From assembly GCA_028825265.1 (NCBI GenBank), contig JAPKAM010000003.1:3547-67546 (forward strand): DNA of 64,000 nt. Direction: 5' to 3'. A program made the position numbers and the translations under genes. A model generated the notes under the pieces. It saw nothing but the letters and a program-made list of their open reading frames with translations, was not told the origin of the DNA and did not search any database. Positions within the stretch are counted from its first letter, which is position 1. Every line of letters begins with the position of its first letter. Origin of the DNA: Planctomycetota bacterium. GTDB taxonomy: Bacteria > Planctomycetota > UBA8108 > UBA1146. Positions 52,098 to 62,350 of this stretch are shown piece by piece.

Positions 52098-53483
52098 ATG
52101 CTGCGCTTCCTCCCCCTTCTGTTCGCCATCCCATTGGTTTTAAGTTTCTGCGTGCCGACCACCTGTCGGGGTGCCGATGTGTTCACCATCGGGAATGTCA
52201 GCGGCAATGCTGGTGATACCAATCTGCCCTGCTTCATTCTCGCGACTCACGACCAGGCCATCGAAGGATTCGCCATCGGGCTCCAGTTCGATCCGTCGAA
52301 ATTGACCCTGACTTCGGCCGACTTCCAAAACACAGTGGTCTCGGCCCTGCTCGCCGGAGCGGATCCGGATTTTGCGGGCTTCACCATCGACAACACCTCA
52401 GGGACTTTTCTGGCGGGTGTGATCTTTGGTTATGGAAGCCTGACCGTTCCACCCTCGTCACTCCCGTCCTCGCCCACCGATCAAAACGCCCTTCTGAGGT
52501 TGGTCTTCACCATCGATCCTGGCTCCCTACCACAGGTGATCCCGGTGCAGTTCGCCGACGGACTGGGCGATCCCCCGGTGCTCAATGTGCTCTCCGCTGG
52601 TGGTGCCTCGGTGAGTCCTGACCTGATCGATGGATCGGTCACCATCAACAACCTGCATAGGTTCTACTTTGGAGGAATCAGCGCTTCACCCGGTAGCTCT
52701 GTCAGTGCCACGGTGCGCTACGATCACGCCGATGAGATTCAGGGATTCCAGATTTCCCTCTCCTATGACAACACCATCCTGACTCTTCAGACGCCCTCCA
52801 CCGCCTACGATTGGTACTCGGGATTGAACCTCGATTCAGCGATGCCAGGAGGCCCTGGTGCCACTGGAGGTGTTGAGTTGTTCTACCCAGCGACCGATCC
52901 GAATGTGGCCCCTGGAGTGGGGCTGGCAACCTTCTCTGCTATCTTTGATTTCCTGGGCCCGTACGACGGCCAGTTGTTACCAGCCGGCAACAATCAAACT
53001 CTGCTGCGACTGGATTTTGACACCCTCGCCGATCCTGCTCTGCTGGGAACCACCACGGAGATCATCTTCGATGACTCTTACAATCTCCCGTCCTGCCCCC
53101 CCAATGACCCCAACTGCAGCGCCGGTCCAGCAGTCAACTACGTCATCTACGACGGACTCTCGATCATCCCGATCCTTGAGAATGGTGTCATCGAGTTCGT
53201 CAATCAACCTGGATTCAAGCGTGGGAACACCAACAGTGATTCCGGAGTCGATCTGGCGGATGCCCTCTTCATCGTCAACTGGCTCTTCGCCGCCGGGCAG
53301 GTTCCCACCTGCATGGATTCTGCGGACACCAACGACGATGGCGGAGTCGACATTTCCGACACGATTTACCTGCTGAATTACCTGTTCGTCAGTGGCCCCC
53401 CACCGTCGGCTCCAGGACCGAACTCCTGTGGCGTGGACCCCAGTTCAGACCTGCTCGAGTGCGTGCTCACAAGTGGCTGCTAA
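52098..53483 (+). CDS. Secreted protein: 2 cohesin-like repeats + dockerin-like domain
   Basis: Signal peptide; IEGFAIGLQFD and IQGFQISLSYD repeats, GDPPVLN, PYDGQ; FKRGNTNSD..ADTNDDG from 53214. Confidence 0.8.
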   Translation: MLRFLPLLFAIPLVLSFCVPTTCRGADVFTIGNVSGNAGDTNLPCFILATHDQAIEGFAIGLQFDPSKLTLTSADFQNTVVSALLAGADPDFAGFTIDNTSGTFLAGVIFGYGSLTVPPSSLPSSPTDQNALLRLVFTIDPGSLPQVIPVQFADGLGDPPVLNVLSAGGASVSPDLIDGSVTINNLHRFYFGGISASPGSSVSATVRYDHADEIQGFQISLSYDNTILTLQTPSTAYDWYSGLNLDSAMPGGPGATGGVELFYPATDPNVAPGVGLATFSAIFDFLGPYDGQLLPAGNNQTLLRLDFDTLADPALLGTTTEIIFDDSYNLPSCPPNDPNCSAGPAVNYVIYDGLSIIPILENGVIEFVNQPGFKRGNTNSDSGVDLADALFIVNWLFAAGQVPTCMDSADTNDDGGVDISDTIYLLNYLFVSGPPPSAPGPNSCGVDPSSDLLECVLTSGC

Positions 53484-53580
53484 GTTTTCACTACCGATCA
53501 CTGAATAAACATCCCTGAAGCTTCTGACCTTCATCCCAGGTCGATGCTCTCCCCCTACCTCTCCCCCCCGAGGAGGAAAC

Positions 53581-54414
53581 ATGCGTAATTTTTTCATCCC
53601 TGCGGTCGTCGCCGCATCCATTTACTTCTCAGCGACTGTCTCTGGACAGAACCTGATTCATGTCGACGACAACACCGCGACTCCTGGATCCTCGGTCGAG
53701 GTCACCGTCCGACTCGATAACTCCGCAGCGGTGCAGGGTTATCAGTGCGCCCTTAGCTGGGATTCAAACATCTTCACCTTCGATCAGGCCAGCACCTCTG
53801 GCCTCGACATTGAAGACCAGTTGGATCCCTTCCAGGTCGAGTTCTTCACCTCGATCAATGATGATCAATTCGCACCCGGGATCGGCTGGGCCGCCTGTGC
53901 AGCCATCTTTGATTTCTCACCCCCTTTTGGGGGCCAGACCTTGGCTCCAGGAATCAACATTTCCATCGTTCGATTCCAGTTTCAGACCGCTGCGGATAAC
54001 GCTCTGGTCGGCAGTTGTTCAGCCATCACTCCGGTCAACAACATGGGACATCCTGTGATCCAGAACATCCTGACCATCGACGGGATCTCCAACAGTCCAG
54101 ACCTGGAAGCGGGCAACATCTGCTTCACCGATTCACCACCGTTCATCCGTGGCGATTCCAATGATGACGGAAGCTTGAATCTCGCAGATGCGATCTTCCT
54201 GATTGGTTACTACTTCGCGGGCGGGAGCCCACCCCCATGCCGAGCCTCAGCGAACTCGAACGGTGATGCAGTCGTGGATATCGGTGATGTCATCTTCGTG
54301 ATCAATCACCAGTTCCTGGCAGGCCCGCAGCCTGGAGCGCCCTACCCATCCTGTGGAGCGGATCCTGCTGGCGAAGCGGGAATTGGCTGTGAGCTCTTCA
54401 GTCACTGCCCCTGA
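53581..54414 (+). CDS. Secreted protein: 1 cohesin-like domain + dockerin-like domain
   Basis: AGGAGG RBS; signal peptide; VQGYQCALSWD, PPFGGQ; FIRGDSNDDG..ANSNGD from 54142. Confidence 0.8.
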   Translation: MRNFFIPAVVAASIYFSATVSGQNLIHVDDNTATPGSSVEVTVRLDNSAAVQGYQCALSWDSNIFTFDQASTSGLDIEDQLDPFQVEFFTSINDDQFAPGIGWAACAAIFDFSPPFGGQTLAPGINISIVRFQFQTAADNALVGSCSAITPVNNMGHPVIQNILTIDGISNSPDLEAGNICFTDSPPFIRGDSNDDGSLNLADAIFLIGYYFAGGSPPPCRASANSNGDAVVDIGDVIFVINHQFLAGPQPGAPYPSCGADPAGEAGIGCELFSHCP

Positions 54415-54438
54415 TCACCAGACTGCAGAGGACTCGTT

Positions 54439-55092
54439 TCAGATCTTCTTTTTCGAGAGATACCAGCTTTGTGAATCGAGATCTGGATCTTCCAGGCGAC
54501 TCCTCGCCTCACTACTGGTCGCAGGAGGCGGAACCATCACATCATCTCCCGGGGACCAGTTGGCAGGGCAAGCAACCTGGAATTTATCGGCAGCCTGAAG
54601 CGCGTCGACGACCCGGAGAATCTCGATGAAGGAACGTCCGACCTCGGGAGGATACGTGATCATGGCACGGACCTTTCTCTCCCGATCGATGAAAAAGAGG
54701 GATCGGGCCGGAGCGGTGGGCGAGGTTGACGGATGGACCATGCCATAGAGCCTCGAGACCTCCTGGCTCAAATCGGCGATCAACGGGAAATTGATCGGCA
54801 CCCCCATCTTGTCCTCGATATCTCGCAGCCATGCGATATGCGAGTAAATACTATCGATCGATGACCCCAGCAATGCGACACCCCTGTCTTCCAGTTCCTT
54901 CTCGATCTTGGCGAATTCGATGAACTCGGATGTGCATACCGGCGTGAAATCCGCAGGGTGCGCAAACAAGATCGTCCAGCGGCCATCGTGCCAGTCAGAG
55001 AATCGGATCGGCCCATGAGTGGTGACGGCATCAAAATCTGGAGCGATATCCCCGAGCCGGATCGATCGCGGGTCATCTTCGTTCTGGTGCAT
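54439..55092 (-). CDS. Peroxiredoxin (Prx6/AhpC-TSA type)
   Basis: HPADFTPVCTSEF, YPPEVGR, CPANW. Confidence 0.93.
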   Translation of the reverse strand: MHQNEDDPRSIRLGDIAPDFDAVTTHGPIRFSDWHDGRWTILFAHPADFTPVCTSEFIEFAKIEKELEDRGVALLGSSIDSIYSHIAWLRDIEDKMGVPINFPLIADLSQEVSRLYGMVHPSTSPTAPARSLFFIDRERKVRAMITYPPEVGRSFIEILRVVDALQAADKFQVACPANWSPGDDVMVPPPATSSEARSRLEDPDLDSQSWYLSKKKI

Positions 55093-55245
55093 CCTTGAAG
55101 CCTATTCTCTCTGGAGACGTGGTGAGAAGCGAAAGATCGAGGGGATCTCCCGACATCATCACAAATACCTTACAATCGAAACGAATCACTTGCGAGTCGA
55201 GCGGAGGAACTTCTGAACAGTCGAGATCCTCGTTTCAGGGAATTC

Positions 55246-55902
55246 ATGAACCAGATTCGGTGGCAGTGGAAAGCGGCTGACGACCGCACTCGATGCTGCG
55301 TCATCGCCCTCCATGGTCTGGGGCAAGACGGTTCCAGAATCCTGCAGAAACTGGAGCACCTCTCCGCAAGAGGGGCCGACATCGTGGTCCCGGATGGTCC
55401 ACACCTGCACGAGGTGAGAAACCGTGCTGGCACCCGAGAAGGCCACTCCTGGTACATCTACACCGGCGATCAGCCTCGCTTCCGCGAATCTCTGATCCAG
55501 TCCGAATCGCATCTCCTGGAAATCGTCGATGCGGTGCAGAGAGAATCGGGAATCTCGGCGGAAAAAACCGTACTGCTCGGGTTCAGCCAGGGAGGATACC
55601 TGGCAGGATTCGTCTCCTGTCGCCACCCCCATCGGTTCGGGAATTGCGTCATCGCATCGGCACGCTTGAAGTACGAGTTCCTCACCGAAGAAATCTCCAG
55701 TGGCCATCTTCCCTCGATGCTGTTCTTGCATGACGACCAGGATTCACTGACCAGACCGGAGCCCGTCAAAGAATCGGTCAAAATACTACATCAAGTCAAA
55801 GCGGCTGCGGAAGTGATCTGGCATTCGGATGGACACCGACTGGGGGACGGATCTATTGCCGCTATAGAACAATGGCTCGAGCAGAAGAATTTGATCGAGT
55901 GA
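55246..55902 (+). CDS. Alpha/beta hydrolase (phospholipase/carboxylesterase family)
   Basis: LHGLG, GFSQGG nucleophile elbow, Asp and GH triad positions. Confidence 0.88.
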   Translation: MNQIRWQWKAADDRTRCCVIALHGLGQDGSRILQKLEHLSARGADIVVPDGPHLHEVRNRAGTREGHSWYIYTGDQPRFRESLIQSESHLLEIVDAVQRESGISAEKTVLLGFSQGGYLAGFVSCRHPHRFGNCVIASARLKYEFLTEEISSGHLPSMLFLHDDQDSLTRPEPVKESVKILHQVKAAAEVIWHSDGHRLGDGSIAAIEQWLEQKNLIE

Positions 55903-55914
55903 TCTGGAATTGAA

Positions 55915-55953
55915 GAACGACATCACCCTCTGCTCTTGAAGGCGATGTCGTTC
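55915..55953 (-). terminator. Hairpin between convergent genes, probable metK terminator
   Basis: Minus strand GAACGACAUCGCCUUC-AAGAGCA-GAGGGUGAUGUCGUUC: 16 bp with G-U pairs; weak U tract. Confidence 0.65.
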
Positions 55954-55977
55954 GAATTTATCTGATCGCCTCTAGAG

Positions 55978-57138
55978 TCAGTTCCCGGCAGCCTGAGAAG
56001 CTGCGGATTTGAGAGCCTCGACCTTACCGACACCTTCCCAGGGGAAACCAGCACCGACCCGGCCAAAGTGTCCATGAGCGGCTGTCGCCCTGTAAATTGG
56101 GCGCCTCAGGTCCAGCGAGGAGATGATCCCTCTCGGGGTCAAATCGAAGACTTCACGGATCAACTTCTGTAGTTCACCATCGGCAACGGTTCCGGTGCCA
56201 AAGGTGTCGACCAGCACCGACATCGGCTCGGCAATCCCAATAGCATAGGCCAGTTGCACCTCGCAGCGACGCGCCAAACCAGCGGCAACAATGTTCTTTG
56301 CGACGAAACGGGCCATGTAACTGGCGGACCGGTCCACCTTCGAGGGATCCTTTCCGCTGAAGGCTCCTCCTCCGTGGCGGCCCATGCCACCGTAGGTATC
56401 CACGATGATCTTGCGCCCCGTCAGGCCGCAATCTCCCTGCGGACCACCGATGACGAATCTACCCGTCGGATTCACGAAATACTTGGTGTTCTCGTCGAGC
56501 AGGTTGGAGGGAATCACAGCGTGGATGATTTTGTCTTTGATGAAACTGTGGAGTTCCTCGTTGCTCACATCATCCGAGTGCTGCGACGAGAACACGATGG
56601 CATCGATTCGTTTTGGAACCCCATCGATGTACTCCACAGTCACCTGACTCTTCGCATCCGGGCGCAAGAATGACGCTTCACCCGCTGCACGAATCCGGGC
56701 GTGTTCCGCCACCAACTTGTGCGATAGAGAGATCGCCATTGGCATCAATTCATCGGTTTCATCACATGCATAGCCAAACATGATGCCCTGATCGCCGGCA
56801 CCATCTCGGTCCACTCCCATGGCAATGTCTGGGCTTTGCTTGTCGAGAGAGACCATCACCGAACAGGTATCCGCATCGAAACCCATCGCTGAATCGGTAT
56901 ATCCAATGTCCTTGATCACTCCGCGCACCAGCGCTGGAATATCGATGGTTGTTTGACTCGTGACTTCTCCCGCAATCACTACCAATCCGGTGGTGACCAG
57001 CGTCTCGCACGCCACTCGGCTGTGAGGATCCCCCGCAAGATAGGCGTCAAGAATCGCATCGGAAATCTGGTCAGCCATCTTGTCGGGGTGTCCCTCGGAG
57101 ACGGACTCAGAGGTGAAAAAGGCGTTCTCGATTAGCAT
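55978..57138 (-). CDS. metK: S-adenosylmethionine synthase
   Basis: [39 protein letters not shown]. Confidence 0.98.
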   Translation of the reverse strand: MLIENAFFTSESVSEGHPDKMADQISDAILDAYLAGDPHSRVACETLVTTGLVVIAGEVTSQTTIDIPALVRGVIKDIGYTDSAMGFDADTCSVMVSLDKQSPDIAMGVDRDGAGDQGIMFGYACDETDELMPMAISLSHKLVAEHARIRAAGEASFLRPDAKSQVTVEYIDGVPKRIDAIVFSSQHSDDVSNEELHSFIKDKIIHAVIPSNLLDENTKYFVNPTGRFVIGGPQGDCGLTGRKIIVDTYGGMGRHGGGAFSGKDPSKVDRSASYMARFVAKNIVAAGLARRCEVQLAYAIGIAEPMSVLVDTFGTGTVADGELQKLIREVFDLTPRGIISSLDLRRPIYRATAAHGHFGRVGAGFPWEGVGKVEALKSAASQAAGN

Positions 57139-57198
57139 CTAGTTTCCTTCCCTGGGGCGAGGATGGGACCGATTCGAGTGAATCCGTGCGCCCCGCCT

Positions 57199-57275
57199 GC
57201 TCATCTCCCTCAGTTGGCACCTGTCGTCACCCAATGCAGACGACAGATCGAGATACTCTATCGACTCGAAGAGGG
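57199..57275 (-). promoter_or_regulatory. Partial SAM-I-like leader element
   Basis: GGUGCCAA-N7-AGAUGAGC follows an 8-bp hairpin upstream of metK; the 5' half is non-canonical. Confidence 0.3.
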
Positions 57276-57295
57276 TCCGCCAACCAGGATCGTCA

Positions 57296-58690
57296 TCAAC
57301 TCAACACTTCTGACAACATTTCTGAACATCGACCAGTAGCCCCTCCGAGACGGCCCACCAGCTCCTGAGCGCCCTGCCTATGACCTGTCTTGGTACCGCT
57401 CTGTGCGGCCCAACGGCTCACCAGTTGCGCTAACTGGGCACCATCCTCGATCTCCTGCACCCACGCCTGCCCCGCCAGGAGTGCCTTCATGTCGGCGAAA
57501 TTTGACATGCTGGGGCCATGGCAGGTGAGGCAGCCCGCCGCCACCGGCTCGAGCAGATTGTGCCCCCCTCGCTCCACCAGGCTGCCGCCGACGAAAGCAC
57601 CATCGGAGATCCGATAGGCATCGTCGAGTTTTCCCAGTTGATCGATCACAATTACCGAGGCTCTGGTTGCCCCTCGATCCGATTCCAGCGCACCACTCAA
57701 TCCGGTACGTTTCACCAACTCCAGTACCGCAGCCGCTCTCTCAACATGGCGCGGAGCCAGCATCAACTGACCATGCGGGAATTTCTCGAGCAGTTGCGCA
57801 TGTGCCTCGAGAACCTGTTCTTCCTCACCCGGATGAGTGCACCCTGCTGTCCACCGGAATTGACCCGTGAGATATCCCTTCTGTCGTTCCAGGTCTATTC
57901 GACGCTGTTGAGGATCGGGTCCGCGCAGCGAATCCAACTTGATGTCTCCAGCCACCTGAATCCGTTCGGGAGCGGTACCCAGCTGGAGGAATCGTTCGGC
58001 ATCCACCTCGCTTCGAGCACAAACTCTTTGCGGACAGCGGGCCATCCAGGAGGCCAGTGGGCCGAGCCAGCCGAGCCGCCTGACACCTTTCCTGGTCACA
58101 CGACCATTCACCACAACGACCGGGATCGAGCGGGAGTGACACGCCAGTAACAGATTCGGCCACCATTCCAGTTCCACCAGAACCAGGATGTCAGGACGCA
58201 ATCGGCTCAGCATCTTGTGAATACATGGCGAGAGTTCAAGAGGTACGAGATACACCTGAACCCCAGGGATCAACTGACGCGCCAGATCTCTGGCACCTGC
58301 AGTCATCGTTGAAATCACGACCTCGGATCCGGGACGGGTTTGTTGCAAAGACTCGATCAGCGGCGAGGCCGCCGTCACTTCCCCTACGCTGGCAGCGTGG
58401 ATCCAGATTCGTTCCCGAACAGGCAAGGAGATGCTCCAGAATCCCAGACGCTGGATCATCGAGCCAACCGCTCTCCCTCGAACCAAGACCAGTTGAAGGA
58501 GCCAGGGAGTCAGCAGCAGATAAGCCAACAACATCGGGAGGTCGAGCAGGAATCCACAAGCCCTTGGCCACCATCGGAGGCTGGCCCTGCGACGAGGAGG
58601 TCGATAACCCCGCAGAGGTGGAGGGGTCGATCCAGTGAATGTCGTTCGAGCAGAGCCACCGTCCAACGGGCCCCCTGCCAAGCTGCTCAT
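57296..58690 (-). CDS. waaA: Kdo transferase
   Basis: WIHAASVGE, VELEWWPN, HPGEE, APRHVER, FVGGSL..GGHNLLEP. Confidence 0.93.
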   Translation of the reverse strand: MSSLAGGPLDGGSARTTFTGSTPPPLRGYRPPRRRASLRWWPRACGFLLDLPMLLAYLLLTPWLLQLVLVRGRAVGSMIQRLGFWSISLPVRERIWIHAASVGEVTAASPLIESLQQTRPGSEVVISTMTAGARDLARQLIPGVQVYLVPLELSPCIHKMLSRLRPDILVLVELEWWPNLLLACHSRSIPVVVVNGRVTRKGVRRLGWLGPLASWMARCPQRVCARSEVDAERFLQLGTAPERIQVAGDIKLDSLRGPDPQQRRIDLERQKGYLTGQFRWTAGCTHPGEEEQVLEAHAQLLEKFPHGQLMLAPRHVERAAAVLELVKRTGLSGALESDRGATRASVIVIDQLGKLDDAYRISDGAFVGGSLVERGGHNLLEPVAAGCLTCHGPSMSNFADMKALLAGQAWVQEIEDGAQLAQLVSRWAAQSGTKTGHRQGAQELVGRLGGATGRCSEMLSEVLS

Positions 58691-61308
58691 TCCTGACCGC
58701 AGCAGCGCTTGAACTTCTTACCGCTTCCACAGCTGCAAGGATCGTTTCGTCTCAGCTTCGGCTGATTATTTCGAATCGTATCGAGACTCTTACTGCCCTG
58801 CGATCCCTGGACGCCCTGTTTCATCTGAGTGCCATGTGATTGGAACTGGTCCTGCAGAGCATCCGCAGAAACGCCTTCCGACTGACCACTCCAGGTGCGC
58901 GCAAGATCCCGTTGAGCCGCCGATTCATCCACGTTCTCGATCCGGATTCGTGAAACGATGGAAGAGCTCTCTTCTCGTAGAACCTCCAGCATTTTCGAGA
59001 AGAGAAGGTACCCTTCTCGCTTGAATTCCAGCTTCGGATCAAGTTGTGCATACCCACGAAGTCCAACACCGGTTCGCAATTGATCCATTGCATGGAGGTG
59101 CTCTTTCCATTTCTCATCGACAATACGCAGCAAGACATAGTGCAGTAGACGATCGAACTGATCCTCGCCTGCCGCCTCGCGCTTGTTATCGACCCGTTGA
59201 ATCCAGGCTTCGGTGGCGATTCTCGCCCATTCTTCCGGCTCCCCTTCCGCGAAGGAAGATGCCGGAACATCGATCATGTATCGCTGGGCCAGGTGCTCGG
59301 AGAGAAGAACTCCAACCGGCTGATCGGGCTCCTCGATCTGGAGCAATCCAAGAGAATGAGACTCGACCACCTGGTCGAAATTCTCCTCCACCAACGCCCG
59401 AAGATTCTCGCTGTGGAGAATTCGGTCACGGATCTCGTAGATGACCTTACGCTGGCTATCCATCACCTGATCGTACTCCAGCAGATTCTTCCGGATCTCG
59501 AAGTTGCGAGCCTCTACCTTTTTCTGAGCCTTCTCGATGGCACGGGTCACCATCGGATGGGAAATATCCACTCCCTCATCCATGCCAAATCTCTTGAGCA
59601 TCGCCGAGACCCTGTCGCTCGCGAACAGCCGCATCAGGTCATCTTCCAGCGACAGGTAGAAGAGAGTCGCACCTGGATCCCCCTGGCGCCCACAACGACC
59701 ACGCAACTGGTTATCGATCCGTCGTGACTCGTGCCGTTCGGAACCCATCACCATCAAGCCACCGACCTCAGTAACGCCTTCTCCCAGAACGATATCGGTT
59801 CCACGACCCGCCATATTGGTGGCGATCGTGACCCGGTTCAGTTGACCCGCTTCTGCAATGATCTCCGCCTCACGAGCATGGTGCTTGGCATTGAGGACAT
59901 TATGGGTGATGCCTCTGCGCTTCAGGCGATCGGAGAGCAACTCCGAGTCCTCGATGGAGATGGTTCCCACCAGTAGCGGTCTACCACTTTCATTTTCCTG
60001 GGCGATTCGATCGGCGATCGCTTTCCATTTTTCGCTGGTAGTTCGGTACACGATGTCAGTCTGGTCTTCGCGGTCGATCGGCTTGTTGGTCGGGATCTCG
60101 ACCACCTCAAGTCCATAGATCTGACGGAACTCTTCCGCTTCTGTGATGGCGGTTCCGGTCATCCCTGCGATCTTGTCGTAGAGACGGAAGAAGTTCTGAA
60201 ATGTGATCGTGGCGAGAGTCTGGTTCTCGTCCTTGATCTTCAGACCTTCCTTCGCCTCGACCGCCTGGTGCAATCCATCAGACCAGCGACGCCCCTCCAT
60301 CAGGCGTCCTGTGAACTCATCGACGATCACCACTCCACCATCATCGACCACGTAGTCGACATCTTTGCGATGGAGGAAGTGGGCCTTCATCGATTGTTCC
60401 AGATGATGGGGCCAGTGCATGTTTGCGGGAGAATAGAAGGAGTCGACACCGACCAGCTTCTCGGCCGTCTCGATCCCGTCCTCGGTCAGGAGCACTTGCT
60501 GCTCCTTCTCCTTCACCTCGAAGTGCTTGCCCCTGACCAGTTTCCGTACCGCTCGATCCGCCTTGAAGTAGATCTCGGTCGACTTCTCGGCAGGTCCGGA
60601 GATGATCAGCGGCGTTCTGGCCTCGTCGATCAGGATCGAATCGACTTCATCGACGATGGCAAACGCGCGGTGCTTCTGGCACTGGTCCTCAGGGCGCGTC
60701 TTCATGTTGTCGCGCAGGTAATCGAATCCAAACTCATTATTGGTACCGTAGGTGATGTCACAGGAGTACTGGGCAATCCGTTCCTGGCTATCCATGTTCG
60801 ATTGAATTGCACCGACCGTCATCCCTAGCCCCTCGTACACCGCTTTCATCCACTCTGCATCTCTCTTGGCGAGATAGTCATTGACGGTCACGACATGAAC
60901 ACCTCGGGAGGGCAAGGCGTTGAGGTATGCCGGCAGGGTCGCCACCAGAGTCTTTCCCTCCCCGGTACGCATCTCTGCGATCCCTCCTTGATTGAGGACG
61001 ATGCCACCGATCAGTTGCACGTCATAAGGACGCATGGCGACTCCGGTGCCGGTCTTCAGGTATCGCTTTGAAGACTCGCGGACCGCGGCATAAGCCTCAG
61101 GTAAGAGATCGAAGAGTTCGGTTCCACCTTCGAGGCGCTTCCTGAACTCGACCGTCTTGTCACGCAGTTGTGCAGCATCGAGTTTCTCGAACTCGGATTC
61201 GAGAGCATTGATCTGATCGACCAAGGGGAGGATCTCGCGAATGATCTTCACATTTCGCGATGGAACGATCTTGTGAAACACTGCCCGGAGTGCGCTCATC
61301 AGGCCCAT
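58687..61308 (-). CDS. secA: Preprotein translocase subunit SecA
   Basis: MRTGEGKT, VDEVDSILIDEARTPL, TNMAGRGTDI, C-terminal CSCGSGKKFKRCC. Confidence 0.99.
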   Translation of the reverse strand: MGLMSALRAVFHKIVPSRNVKIIREILPLVDQINALESEFEKLDAAQLRDKTVEFRKRLEGGTELFDLLPEAYAAVRESSKRYLKTGTGVAMRPYDVQLIGGIVLNQGGIAEMRTGEGKTLVATLPAYLNALPSRGVHVVTVNDYLAKRDAEWMKAVYEGLGMTVGAIQSNMDSQERIAQYSCDITYGTNNEFGFDYLRDNMKTRPEDQCQKHRAFAIVDEVDSILIDEARTPLIISGPAEKSTEIYFKADRAVRKLVRGKHFEVKEKEQQVLLTEDGIETAEKLVGVDSFYSPANMHWPHHLEQSMKAHFLHRKDVDYVVDDGGVVIVDEFTGRLMEGRRWSDGLHQAVEAKEGLKIKDENQTLATITFQNFFRLYDKIAGMTGTAITEAEEFRQIYGLEVVEIPTNKPIDREDQTDIVYRTTSEKWKAIADRIAQENESGRPLLVGTISIEDSELLSDRLKRRGITHNVLNAKHHAREAEIIAEAGQLNRVTIATNMAGRGTDIVLGEGVTEVGGLMVMGSERHESRRIDNQLRGRCGRQGDPGATLFYLSLEDDLMRLFASDRVSAMLKRFGMDEGVDISHPMVTRAIEKAQKKVEARNFEIRKNLLEYDQVMDSQRKVIYEIRDRILHSENLRALVEENFDQVVESHSLGLLQIEEPDQPVGVLLSEHLAQRYMIDVPASSFAEGEPEEWARIATEAWIQRVDNKREAAGEDQFDRLLHYVLLRIVDEKWKEHLHAMDQLRTGVGLRGYAQLDPKLEFKREGYLLFSKMLEVLREESSSIVSRIRIENVDESAAQRDLARTWSGQSEGVSADALQDQFQSHGTQMKQGVQGSQGSKSLDTIRNNQPKLRRNDPCSCGSGKKFKRCCGQE

Positions 61309-61346
61309 GATGGATCATCCCTTTCGATGGGGGGAATCCCCCGCAA

Positions 61347-62291
61347 TCAGGGTACCTGTCGCTCCCGATCCGGCAACCGATCCTGCCTCTGATGGAAGTT
61401 TCCGCGCACGTCGTCGAGCGAGGTGAAATCTTCAGAAGCGAGCAAATGGCGCAGATCCGCCAGTAATTGTGGCAAACAGGTCGGTTCCCGATAAAGGTGA
61501 GTTCCCACTTGGACCATCGACGCCCCGACCGAGATGAACTCCAGCACCTGCTCGGCGGAGCTGATGCCACCGATGGCGCAGATCGGGATCTGCACCGCTC
61601 GGGCCACTTCCATCGTCATTCGCAGTGCGATGGGTCGAATCGCCGGCCCCGAGAGGCCACCGGTCTCGGTGCCGATCCTTGAGGTCCCACTGCGCCAGTC
61701 CACCGCCATCGCTCTGATCGTGTTGATCAGGGAGACCGAATCGGCTCCCGCCTCCTCCGCAGCGACCGCCTGCTCGGCAATATCCGTCACATTGGGAGTC
61801 AATTTTGCCATCAATACGCCACCGGTGAGAGGACGGACGGCTCGGATCAACTCAGAAGTGGCTTGCGGATCGAGACCGAACAACAGCCCTTCCTTGACGT
61901 TGGGACAGGACACGTTCAACTCGAATCCGGCCACCAGCGGGCGACCCTCGAGTGCCTCGACCACCTTGCAGTAATCCTCCACCGACCGGCCGACCACATT
62001 GACCAAGATGGGAACCCCGTATTGCTGCAACCGAGGTAGATAAGACTCGATAAACTGGTCGAGTCCAGGATTCTGCAATCCGATCGAGTTGAGCAATCCA
62101 GAAGGAGTTTCGAAAGCACGCGGCGGTGGATTTCCGATTCTCGTCTCGACTGAAATCGATTTCGGAACAATGGCACTGAAGGTTCCAGGCGGAAGAAACG
62201 GTTCGAATTCCTCGCCGTATCCGAAGGTGCCCGACGCCGGAAGAATCGGATGGATCAGTTCCAGGACGCCCCCCGGAGATTTGATATCCAC
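61347..62291 (-). CDS. pyrD: Dihydroorotate dehydrogenase, family 1 (PyrD B type)
   Basis: ASGTFGYG, NSIGLQNPG, ELNVSCPN, KLTPNVTD, GGLSGPAI. Confidence 0.95.
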   Translation of the reverse strand: MDIKSPGGVLELIHPILPASGTFGYGEEFEPFLPPGTFSAIVPKSISVETRIGNPPPRAFETPSGLLNSIGLQNPGLDQFIESYLPRLQQYGVPILVNVVGRSVEDYCKVVEALEGRPLVAGFELNVSCPNVKEGLLFGLDPQATSELIRAVRPLTGGVLMAKLTPNVTDIAEQAVAAEEAGADSVSLINTIRAMAVDWRSGTSRIGTETGGLSGPAIRPIALRMTMEVARAVQIPICAIGGISSAEQVLEFISVGASMVQVGTHLYREPTCLPQLLADLRHLLASEDFTSLDDVRGNFHQRQDRLPDRERQVP

Positions 62292-62350
62292 GGCGAGACT
62301 GACCCCGGAAGGATCTCCAGCGCTGGCCCCAGAAGCAGAGTTCTCGGAAC

